From positions 57,801 to 121,800 of the forward strand of contig CAJIZT010000008.1 in NCBI GenBank assembly GCA_905182015.1: 64,000 bases of DNA, written 5' to 3'. Shown here piece after piece: positions 19,508-29,023 of this stretch (position 1 is the stretch's first letter; each line of letters starts with the position of its first letter). The translations under genes were made by a program, and so were the position numbers. The DNA comes from an alpha proteobacterium MED-G09 (lineage in GTDB: Bacteria > Pseudomonadota > Alphaproteobacteria > MED-G09). The notes beneath the pieces are model-generated. The model saw nothing but the letters and a program-made list of their open reading frames with translations. It had not been told where the DNA came from and ran no database searches.

Positions 19508-21310
19508 CTAGGAATCATCATTTTCACGGACTATTGATAGCTTTGGAATCTCTTCGATTAAGGCAATTGATGCCTTTGGAAATTCCTCAATAGTTTCTTT
19601 AAAAATCGGATGCTCTTCAATTTTCTTCCTTAATAATAAGTTAGAATCATCTTTTTCTTGATTGATAGTTTTCCTTCCCTCGGAAGAAGAAATTAAAATT
19701 ATCCACTTTCTCTCTGTCCATTCAAAAAGCTTTTTTGCAAGGTCAGCTGCTGTTGATTGAACGCCATTAAGAATATTAATCTCAATTCTTCCATTCTCGA
19801 ATGAAACAAGACTAACGTTATGCTCAAGCTCATATTGAAGCCTGGCACTTTTATTAACCCTAACTAGCTCAATAACATCATCAAAACTTTCAGGATAATT
19901 TTTTTTTATTTTATCCTCAACTATAGCTTCTTGAGGTTTTACCTGGAGTGAAGATCTTGATATCATGTTTAATGAGGGTGCTGATGATGATAGTGATGAT
20001 TCAGGAGTTTTTTTTTCAGTAATGAGTATTTCTTTATTATCAAATTTTTTTATTATTTCATCTGGCGTTGGTAAGTCAGAAATATAGCACATCCTAATTA
20101 CAGCCATCTCGAGAGCTGAGAGAGGTTTTGAAAAATTCTTTATCTCATTAGCTGCCTTTAAGACCATCTGCCAATGCCTAGATAGATTTTTAACTGTTTC
20201 TTCCTTAAGGATATTTTTAACTCTAGCCATATTTTCTGGTCCTAAAGAAAGATTATCTTCACTTTGACTAGACACTTTGTGTCGCGTTAATTCATGGATA
20301 AAATCCCCAAGACTTCCAATCAAATTTGATGGATCAATTCCCATAACTGTTTGATCTTTGATCTCCATTAGTGCTTTTTCAACATTACCAGATGAAATAT
20401 ATTCAAATAAATCAATAATTCTTCCTTGGTCAGATAATCCGAGCATTTGACGAATCAAATTTTCCGACAAAGCTTCTTCATTTTCAGACAGTGCTATTGC
20501 TTGGTCCAGCAAGGAGAGGCTGTCTCTTGCGGAGCCCCCTGATGCTCTTGATATTAATCCTATGACCGAATCATCAATTTTAACATTTTCCTTATCGCAA
20601 ACCTTGAGGAGGAGCGATTTAATCAATTCATTGTCAAACCTTTTAAGGTCAAACCTCTGACACCTAGATAGGATTGTTAAAGGTACTTTTTGGACCTCTG
20701 TAGTTGCAAATATAAATTTTACATGAGCTGGTGGTTCTTCAAGAGTTTTAAGTAAGCCATTAAAGGCTGCTTTTGATAGCATATGAACTTCATCAATAAT
20801 GTATATTTTATAGCGAGCGGATGCAGGTGAGTAATTAATAGAATCTATTATTTCTCTTATATCTGCTATTCCAGTCCGTGATGCAGCATCCATTTCGATA
20901 ACATCAATATGTCTTGATTCCATAATCTCAGAGCAGTGTTGACCCATTTCTAACATTTCAATATTTGGTTGATCAACTGTATCAGTTTTATAATTTAAAG
21001 CACGAGCGATTAAACGTGCAGTTGTTGTCTTTCCTATACCCCTAACGCCAGTAAGCATATAGGCATGAGCAATCCTATCAATCTTGAATGCATTTTTTAA
21101 AGTCTGCACCATTATTTCTTGACCCATAAGGTCATCAAAACTTTGAGGTCTATATTTACGAGCTAAGACTTTATAGCCTTTTTCTGAATTTGATTCATTT
21201 TTCTCTAATGAAGGTGAAGATAAAAAATCATTTTGATTTTTATCAGGCATCGTCGAAGTTGACTCTCTGGTAGTTTCCTCGGGTTGTTCTGATTTATCTA
21301 TAGTATCCAA
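19508..21310 (-). CDS. dnaX: DNA polymerase III subunit tau (the gamma/tau gene).
   Basis: Walker [16 protein letters not shown], zinc module CSEIM, SRC motif [10 protein letters not shown]. The product is 600 aa and the gene ends 11 nt before recR. Confidence 0.85.
   Translation of the reverse strand: MDTIDKSEQPEETTRESTSTMPDKNQNDFLSSPSLEKNESNSEKGYKVLARKYRPQSFDDLMGQEIMVQTLKNAFKIDRIAHAYMLTGVRGIGKTTTARLIARALNYKTDTVDQPNIEMLEMGQHCSEIMESRHIDVIEMDAASRTGIADIREIIDSINYSPASARYKIYIIDEVHMLSKAAFNGLLKTLEEPPAHVKFIFATTEVQKVPLTILSRCQRFDLKRFDNELIKSLLLKVCDKENVKIDDSVIGLISRASGGSARDSLSLLDQAIALSENEEALSENLIRQMLGLSDQGRIIDLFEYISSGNVEKALMEIKDQTVMGIDPSNLIGSLGDFIHELTRHKVSSQSEDNLSLGPENMARVKNILKEETVKNLSRHWQMVLKAANEIKNFSKPLSALEMAVIRMCYISDLPTPDEIIKKFDNKEILITEKKTPESSLSSSAPSLNMISRSSLQVKPQEAIVEDKIKKNYPESFDDVIELVRVNKSARLQYELEHNVSLVSFENGRIEINILNGVQSTAADLAKKLFEWTERKWIILISSSEGRKTINQEKDDSNLLLRKKIEEHPIFKETIEEFPKASIALIEEIPKLSIVRENDDS
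19730..19736 (-). other. Candidate -1 programmed frameshift heptamer A-AAA-AAG inside dnaX (codons Lys526-Lys527). The -1 frame reads KKAF then stop.
   Basis: Minus-strand GCA AAA AAG CUU UUU GAA is confirmed against the protein ...LAKKLFEW. The -1 frame gives AAA AAA GCU UUU UGA. Confidence 0.3.
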
Positions 21311-21429
21311 AATATCCTCATTAACTACTTATATACGAATCTTTATTAATTCTAAACTTTTATAGAAAAAACCTAATAGCTTATTAGACTAATAAAGTTT
21401 AGTAGCATAGAATACTGAAGGAGTTTGTA

Positions 21430-22383
21430 ATGAAGGTCTACCCAAATATATTTAGCAACAATCCATTAGATAGGGTTTCATATTTAAGATCTGACCCAGA
21501 ATGGGTAAATAATATAATGCTTGATGATAAGTCAATCTTTGTTCCTTTCTTTAAAGGTCAACCATTTGTATCAAAAATTTCAGGTCTTACCTCCAAAAAT
21601 GCTTTAGAAAATCAGTTAAATCCTGCTTGGTTTCCTTACAAGTTTTTTGAAAAAAATATTGTAGACAGTTCTATAATAATTTTCTTAGGGCTATTATATG
21701 ATAGGGCCTATTTTGCAATTGATTTATCTAAAATCAATAACCCTGAAGATCAAGTGAATATTAAAAATATGGGTAGTTTTGAAGATCTAATGGGACTTTC
21801 ATCTCAGCCCATTGAATCAGGTGAATTAGCAATGCTAGGCCAAGCAAAAGCAATATTTGAATGGCATAAAAGTCATGAATTTTGTTCTAGGTGTGGTGAG
21901 AAGAGTAATATGGTTGAGGCTGGCTATAAGAGAATTTGTGGTAGCTGTAAGTCTGAACATTTTCCCAGAACTGATCCAGTTGTTATAATGCTAGCAACAT
22001 ATAATAATCATGCTTTTCTTGGAAGACAAAAAAGATTCCCCACTGGAATGTACTCAGCTCTAGCAGGCTTTGTTGAGCCTGGGGAGTCGATAGAGGAAGC
22101 TGTAGCAAGAGAGCTTAATGAAGAAGCCGGTATAATAATTAATAACGCCACATATCACTCTAGCCAGCCCTGGGCATTTCCAAATTCATTAATGATTGGC
22201 TGCATAGCTGAATCAGCCTCAGAGGAATTCAAACTTGATGAAATTGAGATTGATGAAGGCAGGTGGTTCACTAGAGATGAACTAAAAAATGCTATAAACG
22301 GGAGTGAAAGTTCAAAGTTCTTTGTGCCACCAAAAATGGCAATAGCACATCACCTTATAAAAGCATTCGTTGATAATAAATAA
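21430..22383 (+). CDS. nudC: NAD-capped RNA hydrolase / NADH pyrophosphatase.
   Basis: Zinc ribbon CSRCGEKSN...CGSCKSEHFPRTDPVVIM, then the Nudix box GFVEPGESIEEAVARELNEEAGI. Confidence 0.8.
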   Translation: MKVYPNIFSNNPLDRVSYLRSDPEWVNNIMLDDKSIFVPFFKGQPFVSKISGLTSKNALENQLNPAWFPYKFFEKNIVDSSIIIFLGLLYDRAYFAIDLSKINNPEDQVNIKNMGSFEDLMGLSSQPIESGELAMLGQAKAIFEWHKSHEFCSRCGEKSNMVEAGYKRICGSCKSEHFPRTDPVVIMLATYNNHAFLGRQKRFPTGMYSALAGFVEPGESIEEAVARELNEEAGIIINNATYHSSQPWAFPNSLMIGCIAESASEEFKLDEIEIDEGRWFTRDELKNAINGSESSKFFVPPKMAIAHHLIKAFVDNK

Positions 22384-22544
22384 AAAAAAATTAAAATAGA
22401 AATTACTTTTACAACAGGTCTATTATTATTCCTCTAATAATGAATGACCTTGAGCTAATGACTTTTGGAAGAAAGCAAATTAATTTATGAAAAATTTGTA
22501 GCTTTGTTGTCTATAAATGGCATGATAATTGTAATTTTAGATAA

Positions 22545-23837
22545 TTAAGATTTATCACTATCCACTAAATAAGGACTTTTATTATTCATTAAGCCTTTAT
22601 ACATTAAACCATCCTTCATAACCATATCAATGCGGCCATGGTCTTGAAGAATCGTAATATCCTCCAAAGGATTTCCATCCACAATAACTAAATCTGCTAA
22701 TTTTCCTTCCTCAATAGTTCCCAATGAGCCTTCTGGATCCATAGCTTGACCGCCAAAGCGGGTTGCTGAATGAAGAGCTTCAGCATTAGTAAAACCAAAC
22801 AAATTTACATAATGCTCTAAATCTTTTGCATATGTTCCATGCGGCGCTATATCCAGACCATAATCTCCACCAACAAGAATTCTTATACCTTCTTTTTTCA
22901 TTCTTTTATATGATACAATCGTTGACTCAACTTCTGCTTTGTAAGCATCCACTTCTCTACTATCTTTTGAATATCCCATCTTTTCAGCATTTTCTAAAAA
23001 TGCTATTTCCCAAGCAATCCCAGGACCAACAAAAACTCTATCTTTATTCTCTATCAAAAGATCCAAGGCTTCATTATCTATATAATTTGCGTGACCGATA
23101 AAATCTATACCACTTTTAACTGCCTGTTTAACAGCTTCTGCTGAACGAGCATGACATGCAACTTTCATTTTTTTTCTATGTGCCTCATCTACAAGCGCCT
23201 CAACCTCTTCGTCTTTATAGCCAAGGTCTCCAGGTCTTCCTTGGAGGGAAATTAATTCTCCATCAATCATAACCTTTACAACATCTACTCCATTTTTCCA
23301 TAGCGTTCTAACGGCCTTCCTTATTTCCCAAGGACCATCTGTTATCATAGCTAAACCTTCAGTTTGTGGTTTAGCATAATCAGGATAAGTATCGGCATTT
23401 CCTCCTATTGCACATATATCCCTTCCTCCAGCGAGAAGTCGCGGGCCAAGGATTCTTCCACTATTTATTGCATCCCTTAAAAATACATCAATTCTATGAA
23501 TTGATCCAAAGCTAATAGCTGAGGTGAAGCCAGAGCCAAGCATAATACGAGCATTATCAACTGTTTTGATCATAGCCTCCTCAACTGGCGTCTTATCTAG
23601 CTCCAAAGGGCCATTATTAGTATAAGAGATATGTGCATGTGATTCTGTCATGCCCGGTATTACAGTTTTTCCCTTAAGGTCAAAAACTTCAAAATTATTT
23701 AATGAGCCATTGAAGTCCTTGGAAGGTCCGGAATAACAAATTATATTTTCATCAATCACAATTGTTGCATCACTGATTAATTTATCGTCATTGCCTGAAA
23801 AAAGATTTAAATTGGTTAGAATTTTTTTTTTATTCAT
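22545..23837 (-). CDS. Amidohydrolase-family metal-dependent hydrolase.
   Basis: HxH metal-binding motif (MTESHAHISY) and a TIM-barrel amidohydrolase pattern. The product is 430 aa and is the last gene of a five-gene minus-strand operon. Confidence 0.65.
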   Translation of the reverse strand: MNKKKILTNLNLFSGNDDKLISDATIVIDENIICYSGPSKDFNGSLNNFEVFDLKGKTVIPGMTESHAHISYTNNGPLELDKTPVEEAMIKTVDNARIMLGSGFTSAISFGSIHRIDVFLRDAINSGRILGPRLLAGGRDICAIGGNADTYPDYAKPQTEGLAMITDGPWEIRKAVRTLWKNGVDVVKVMIDGELISLQGRPGDLGYKDEEVEALVDEAHRKKMKVACHARSAEAVKQAVKSGIDFIGHANYIDNEALDLLIENKDRVFVGPGIAWEIAFLENAEKMGYSKDSREVDAYKAEVESTIVSYKRMKKEGIRILVGGDYGLDIAPHGTYAKDLEHYVNLFGFTNAEALHSATRFGGQAMDPEGSLGTIEEGKLADLVIVDGNPLEDITILQDHGRIDMVMKDGLMYKGLMNNKSPYLVDSDKS

Positions 23838-23852
23838 TTTATTAACCGCTAA

Positions 23853-24827
23853 CTATAATCTGAGAAGTTTTATTGCATTTTTAGTAAGGCTTGGTGCAAA
23901 ACTTTCTAATTCCTTCGGCGTATCCCAGCCACCAAGATTTGTTCCATACACTAGGCGTTCAGAGCCAACTAGATCAAAAAGCATTTTTTGAGAATTTTCT
24001 CCATGAACATGAGCATCGAACCATAATTTTTTTAACTCGTTTTTAAAACCATTTTTTTTCACACCCTCAGGTGCCCAGTCTCTAAATGACGACATTTCAG
24101 AGAACCTTTCAACAAGATATGGCATTGCGCCTGCCCCATGAGAAATACAAACATCAAGATTTGGGTGACGGTCCATCACTCCTCCAATAATCAAAGTGCC
24201 CGCAGCAAGTGTTTCTTCATAAGCGTATCCCAGGATTATACTGAGATCAAACCTTCCCAACCTCCAATCATCAGGCCCTTTCGACCCACCTGTTGAGGCG
24301 GGATGAAGAAACAATGGTATATCAAGTTCAACAACTGTTTTATAAAAGTCATCTAACCTTGAGTCATCCAAGCCAAAAGGATAATCAGTTCCCGTTGATA
24401 CAGCCTTTAATCCAAGAGTTTTTACTGCTCTCTCCATCTCTAAGCATGCAGCATCAACATCTTGCATCGGTAGTGCGGCAGAACCAATCAATCTATCAGG
24501 AAATTCTGCAACAGATTCCGCCATAGCATCATTGTGGATTTTACAAAATTCTATAGCGATATCATTTTCAATTCTATGAAACATTGTTAATGGATTGGGA
24601 GATAAAAGCTGAAGATCAATTCCTAACTTATCCATAAGCTCAATACGAAGATGGTTTTCCATAAAAACAGTATCTTCATATTTCATTGGTTGCATTTTAT
24701 AGTCACCAATTCGAAAAAAATGAGTTCCATTTTTATCAACACCTGACTCCGGACCATATTTCCCGGCCATTCCAAATACTTTTTTTAGAATAATATGAGC
24801 GTGTGTATCAATTACTCTTGGAGCCAT
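23853..24827 (-). CDS. Amidohydrolase-2 (ACMSD/LigW-like) family protein, probably a decarboxylase or hydratase.
   Basis: N-terminal VIDTHAHII, with internal HxxxH and D residues typical of PF04909. The product is 324 aa. Confidence 0.65.
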   Translation of the reverse strand: MAPRVIDTHAHIILKKVFGMAGKYGPESGVDKNGTHFFRIGDYKMQPMKYEDTVFMENHLRIELMDKLGIDLQLLSPNPLTMFHRIENDIAIEFCKIHNDAMAESVAEFPDRLIGSAALPMQDVDAACLEMERAVKTLGLKAVSTGTDYPFGLDDSRLDDFYKTVVELDIPLFLHPASTGGSKGPDDWRLGRFDLSIILGYAYEETLAAGTLIIGGVMDRHPNLDVCISHGAGAMPYLVERFSEMSSFRDWAPEGVKKNGFKNELKKLWFDAHVHGENSQKMLFDLVGSERLVYGTNLGGWDTPKELESFAPSLTKNAIKLLRL

Positions 24828-24853
24828 TTTTATTATCCCTTACTGATTTTAAT

Positions 24854-25204
24854 TTAATTAAAAAAGGTTTCTCTTGTATTCCCTTCCGCAGAATATACGG
24901 GCTCATGCTTGTCAATTAAATACATTTGGTTTTCTGTATTTGTCACGCCAACAGAATGAATAAAATTCTTCATATCGTTATAATATTTATGTTTAAAATG
25001 ATCAGCGAGACTTTTTTCATCTTCCCATAATTCATAAACCTGAATTCTATTGAATACAGCAGGGTCTGGTGCAAAGCAGTAACTTATGCAGCCAGGTTCC
25101 TCTAGACGGGTTGCTAGCTGAGTTTCTGTAGTAAGGTCAATAACCTTATCTCTATCAACCTCATTCGCAAATTCTAAAATAGCTGAAATTATGATCATTT
25201 GCAT
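24854..25204 (-). CDS. ABM (antibiotic-biosynthesis-monooxygenase / Dabb) domain protein.
   Basis: 116 aa. The core GCISYCFAPDP...IQVYELWEDEKSLADHFKHKYYNDM matches the ferredoxin-like ABM fold. It is a paralog of the 54510..54809 gene. Confidence 0.5.
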   Translation of the reverse strand: MQMIIISAILEFANEVDRDKVIDLTTETQLATRLEEPGCISYCFAPDPAVFNRIQVYELWEDEKSLADHFKHKYYNDMKNFIHSVGVTNTENQMYLIDKHEPVYSAEGNTRETFFN

Positions 25205-25216
25205 TCTCCTATAAAA

Positions 25217-25762
25217 TTAATCTCTTTCATATGCGGGGTCAGAGTGTCCGCCACGGCCTGGGGCTGGTCCAGGGCCTTCTCGCCAGCCTTTATCGGTGGC
25301 GGGCTCAAATCTTACCCAGTCATGCACACCTTGCCTTTTAATAATTCTCCATTCGCCGTTTCGTTTTTCAAGTTTATCAATATACCTTCCTGAAACAAAA
25401 ACATCCTCATCAATCTCTGGATTATGATCAGCTACAAAACCTCCCGCATCTTTAAAATCCTTTCCTTTGGCTATCCGATGGTAAGCTTGCCAGTAAGATT
25501 CGGACCAAGCAATATTTCCCTCAACTTCAATAAGAATATTTCCTACAAGATGCTGTGTATGTTCCATTTTTGATAATATATCGAAAGCAAAATCACAGAA
25601 TTGAGCAGAAGGGCCTTTGTACTCTCCGTGATGGTGAATCGAATCTTCATGAAAAACTGATTCAAGAAGCTCTCGATCAAGTCTATCAATGGCCCTGCAG
25701 TATTTATAAACAACATCCATTACAGCTATTTTATCAGCCATTAATTCTAACGAATTACTCAT
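25217..25762 (-). CDS. SnoaL_4/NTF2-like protein, a putative beta-like partner of the adjacent Rieske oxygenase.
   Basis: IAVMDVVYKYCRAIDRLDRELLESVFHEDS...GRYIDKLEKRNGEWRIIKR is the SnoaL_4 signature. It has a Gly/Pro-rich tail and is paralogous to the 32753 and 49547 genes. Confidence 0.6.
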   Translation of the reverse strand: MSNSLELMADKIAVMDVVYKYCRAIDRLDRELLESVFHEDSIHHHGEYKGPSAQFCDFAFDILSKMEHTQHLVGNILIEVEGNIAWSESYWQAYHRIAKGKDFKDAGGFVADHNPEIDEDVFVSGRYIDKLEKRNGEWRIIKRQGVHDWVRFEPATDKGWREGPGPAPGRGGHSDPAYERD

Positions 25763-25795
25763 AGTAAACCCCCTTTATTTTATTAAGACCACTCC

Positions 25796-27145
25796 CTAAT
25801 TATTCTTGGAAAGATATTTATCAATATTTTCATGGAAATAACGAATTCTATTTTCTTGAGACGGCATATAATCACCAAGATATCCTCGAGAACTGAGGCC
25901 TTTTTGTTGGCTTGTCCATATTGCCACATCTTCACTTATGCCAGGTCCAACATCCACCTCTGAGTGATGACCTTCAAGATGAGGAACCTTAGTATTTATA
26001 TCTGTTTCCATACCAAGGCTTGGTGAGTGATACTTATCAACACCTTTAGGAAATAAAGTTAGATACCAATAATCAAAATAGCACTTGGTAGGGTCGGTAG
26101 GGTGAGGCGACGCCCTTAGCCACTGCATACCATCAGGTTTAACGCTGAAAGACATGTTTGGGAAAATCGTATAATGATAATGATCCGTTAACTGAGTGTC
26201 TTTAAACTTACTAAAGTCATAACCCTTTTCTTTATCTAATTTACGTTTTTGTTTTTGAAGGTCTCCTCTTATATCAAGGAGCTTTCCCTTATAGTCTTTG
26301 GGGTCCATATCCCAATATTCAATATGCGGGCCAATCATTTCTAAAATTTTTTCTTCTTCGCTATATACGCTCTCACTAGGAATGAAGCCAGGCATAAGCA
26401 TTCTAGAATGCATGCTCTCGTACATATCAAATTGACAGGATTGGTATTTTTCTTCGGCCACATATTTTAGATTTGGATGCACATAGGGCGTATGGTAAGA
26501 TTCATTAAAGTTATCCTGAACACATTTCCAATTCCAATCCCCTTCAATTGTTACCCAGTGAGTTCGTATCATGTCAGAGATTGGATACGCCTCCAAATGC
26601 TCCATTATAGGGTTAAGATACTCTTTAAGTGGCTTACAATCAGGGTCTAAGTTAAAAAAGATAAAACCCGCCCAGACTGTAGATTTTATTTCAACAAGAT
26701 TCCTTCTTCCGCAAGGTGATCCCTGGAGAAAGTCTTCTTCGTCCGGAACCCATTTGAGTGTTCCGTCCAAACCAAACTTCCAGGCATGGTAGGCACAATC
26801 AAAACTCTCTAGATTTCCTTCCTTAACTTGGACAAGTTGATTCCCTCTATGCTGGCAAACATTATAAAAACACCTAATCTTTGAATCTTCACCTTTGGCG
26901 CATAAAATAGATTCTGAACCAAATTCAAATGTAAAAAAATCACCAGGGTTTGATAATTGCTGCTCAAGGCCGGCCACTTGCCAAACCTTAGTCCATAACT
27001 TATCCCATTCAAGCTTCATAAATTCTTTTGAAGTATATCGGTCTCCAAGGATAGGTTGGTTGCCAAGCTTGGGTTCAGGATCTTTACTCCAATCTTCGCT
27101 AAAAAATTTCTCTGCTAAAGGTTTTTTTTCTGCTTGTTTTACCAT
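25796..27145 (-). CDS. Rieske [2Fe-2S] non-heme-iron oxygenase alpha subunit (paralog A).
   Basis: Rieske motifs CFYNVCQHRGNQL...CAYHAWKF, and a mononuclear iron motif NFNESYHTPYVH (H-x4-H). The N-terminus is the canonical RYTSKEFMKLEWDKLWTKVWQ. Confidence 0.85.
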   Translation of the reverse strand: MVKQAEKKPLAEKFFSEDWSKDPEPKLGNQPILGDRYTSKEFMKLEWDKLWTKVWQVAGLEQQLSNPGDFFTFEFGSESILCAKGEDSKIRCFYNVCQHRGNQLVQVKEGNLESFDCAYHAWKFGLDGTLKWVPDEEDFLQGSPCGRRNLVEIKSTVWAGFIFFNLDPDCKPLKEYLNPIMEHLEAYPISDMIRTHWVTIEGDWNWKCVQDNFNESYHTPYVHPNLKYVAEEKYQSCQFDMYESMHSRMLMPGFIPSESVYSEEEKILEMIGPHIEYWDMDPKDYKGKLLDIRGDLQKQKRKLDKEKGYDFSKFKDTQLTDHYHYTIFPNMSFSVKPDGMQWLRASPHPTDPTKCYFDYWYLTLFPKGVDKYHSPSLGMETDINTKVPHLEGHHSEVDVGPGISEDVAIWTSQQKGLSSRGYLGDYMPSQENRIRYFHENIDKYLSKNN

Positions 27146-27266
27146 TTTCTCGCTCTATTTAAGTTACCGAATTCAACAATATATTAACATTAAAATTACA
27201 TATGATACAAATCAGCAAAAATATAACTAATAGTCAATAATTAATGAATGATGTAAGATTGTTGTA

Positions 27267-28199
27267 TTAATTTAAGCCATTATTTAGCAACGGCTTGTCG
27301 GAAATAGAATTTAGAAAAGCTACCATATTCGCACGATCTTTTGTTTTTCTTAAGCCGGCAAATGACATTGCATTCCCTGGGGCGTACTTCTTAGGACTTT
27401 TTAACCACAGATTTAGATCTTGAACAGTCCAATTACCTCCCAAGGCAATAAGGGAATCTGAATAAGAAAATCCTGTTACTTTAGCTTTCGGCGCATTAAC
27501 TATATTCCACAAACCTGGGCCAACTCTATTTGTCCCCCCGCTATTAAGGCTGTGACATGCTGTACATTTTTTTGATAACTTGGCTCCTGCGTCAATCGAA
27601 GCTAATTTTAACTCTTCTTCAAATGTTAATTTTGGTGCCTGATCTATAACCTTTTTTTCTTCTAAGGAGTCCACTACTATTTCTTCTAGAGGCATACCAA
27701 CACTTAAATCTAAATTATCATTAAGGTCTGACGAAGGCATAATTTTTTTAAAAGAAATAATATCTTCTTTTTGTTCATCAATTTTTTTGATTAATTTATC
27801 CCTTCCCAATACAGAATGAGATAAAGCAATTTCAGTATTTCTTAGAGTATACCCTAGCTTTACCAAATGCTGCCTTGCGCCATCAATTGAGGCTACATGG
27901 ACCAAAGAATCAATAACCTTCCTTTGCTCTTCCATTTTTTGAATTAACCGTTCTCTTCCAAGTACCGTGTGAGGAATTTTTTTCTCATTGTAGTTCAATG
28001 ATTTTTTTGTGCTGACTAGTTCACTTCTAATTTGATCAATTTTGTTATTACTCAGAACATCTGGAGCTTTATTAATAAAAATTGAATTACTAATGGATGT
28101 TAGCGAACTAATTACAAATAACGTAAATATCGATGCTATCAATACCTTCATTGTGTCGTTAAAATTCATACGTTCAGTTCCATTAAGTTCTTGCGGCAT
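27267..28199 (-). CDS. cycM: Membrane-anchored mono-heme class-I cytochrome c (CycM-like).
   Basis: N-terminal TM anchor, a linker with two copies of a roughly 25-aa repeat, and a C-terminal cytochrome c domain (KCTACHSL, GPGLWNIV, KYAPGNAMSFAGL). Confidence 0.7.
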   Translation of the reverse strand: MPQELNGTERMNFNDTMKVLIASIFTLFVISSLTSISNSIFINKAPDVLSNNKIDQIRSELVSTKKSLNYNEKKIPHTVLGRERLIQKMEEQRKVIDSLVHVASIDGARQHLVKLGYTLRNTEIALSHSVLGRDKLIKKIDEQKEDIISFKKIMPSSDLNDNLDLSVGMPLEEIVVDSLEEKKVIDQAPKLTFEEELKLASIDAGAKLSKKCTACHSLNSGGTNRVGPGLWNIVNAPKAKVTGFSYSDSLIALGGNWTVQDLNLWLKSPKKYAPGNAMSFAGLRKTKDRANMVAFLNSISDKPLLNNGLN

Positions 28200-28288
28200 C
28201 TATATAGCATTTATAAAAGTTTTTACTAGGTAAAATTTGTATTTTATATATGTAATGATAAATAAAATTAATAGATTAGAGTAGATAC

Positions 28289-29023
28289 ATGAATAATTTA
28301 ATAATTATACCGGCCAGACTGGAATCTTCGAGGCTGCCCAATAAACCTTTGGCAGATATTTCTGGTATACCTATGATTATCCATGTGATGAATCGTGGAC
28401 TAGAAGCGGATTGCGGGAACGTAATTGTTGCAACGTCCAATATTGAGATATTAGATGTTGTGGAATCTCATGGCGGTACCGCCATTATGACAGACCCCCT
28501 TCATCCGTCAGGCTCTGATAGGATATTTGAAGCCTTAAGTATTTTTGATAAAGAGAAACGATATAAGAATATTGTAAATTTGCAAGGCGACCTCCCCACG
28601 ATTGATCCCTCCCTAATTAAGCTCACCTTTGAATTAATAGAAAATAATAATAATGCCGATATCTCAACCTTAGGAGGAATAATAACTAGTGAAGATGAAT
28701 TGAAGGATCCAAATGTTGTAAAGGCATATATTGAAAATAAAAACTACCCTTTGTACGCAAATGATTTCATCAGATCTAATAAAGATTATGATCCAAAAAA
28801 ACTTTACCATCACCTTGGAATCTATGGGTATAAAAGAAGAGCATTAGAAAAGTTCATTAAAACAGAGCCGTCTAATAGAGAGAAAAATCTAAAGTTAGAG
28901 CAATTAAGAGCACTAGATAATGGTATGGTAATAGCAATAGATTTAATTAATAAAATTCCAATTGGTGTTGATACCGAAGATGATTTATATAATGTAAGAA
29001 GGGAATTGAGTGAAAAAAAATGA
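28289..29023 (+). CDS. kdsB: 3-deoxy-manno-octulosonate cytidylyltransferase.
   Basis: MNNLIIIPARLESSRLPNKPLADISGIPMIIHV N-terminus. The product is 244 aa. Confidence 0.85.
   Translation: MNNLIIIPARLESSRLPNKPLADISGIPMIIHVMNRGLEADCGNVIVATSNIEILDVVESHGGTAIMTDPLHPSGSDRIFEALSIFDKEKRYKNIVNLQGDLPTIDPSLIKLTFELIENNNNADISTLGGIITSEDELKDPNVVKAYIENKNYPLYANDFIRSNKDYDPKKLYHHLGIYGYKRRALEKFIKTEPSNREKNLKLEQLRALDNGMVIAIDLINKIPIGVDTEDDLYNVRRELSEKK

Noticed and set aside
25230-25330. A locally GC-rich stretch that could hint at foreign DNA.
   Set aside because: It encodes the Gly/Pro/Arg-rich C-terminal tail (GWREGPGPAPGRGGHSDP) of the SnoaL-like protein. A similar tail motif (HRGG..DDP.Y.R) occurs in the paralog at 49547..50065, so it is a protein feature, not an insertion.
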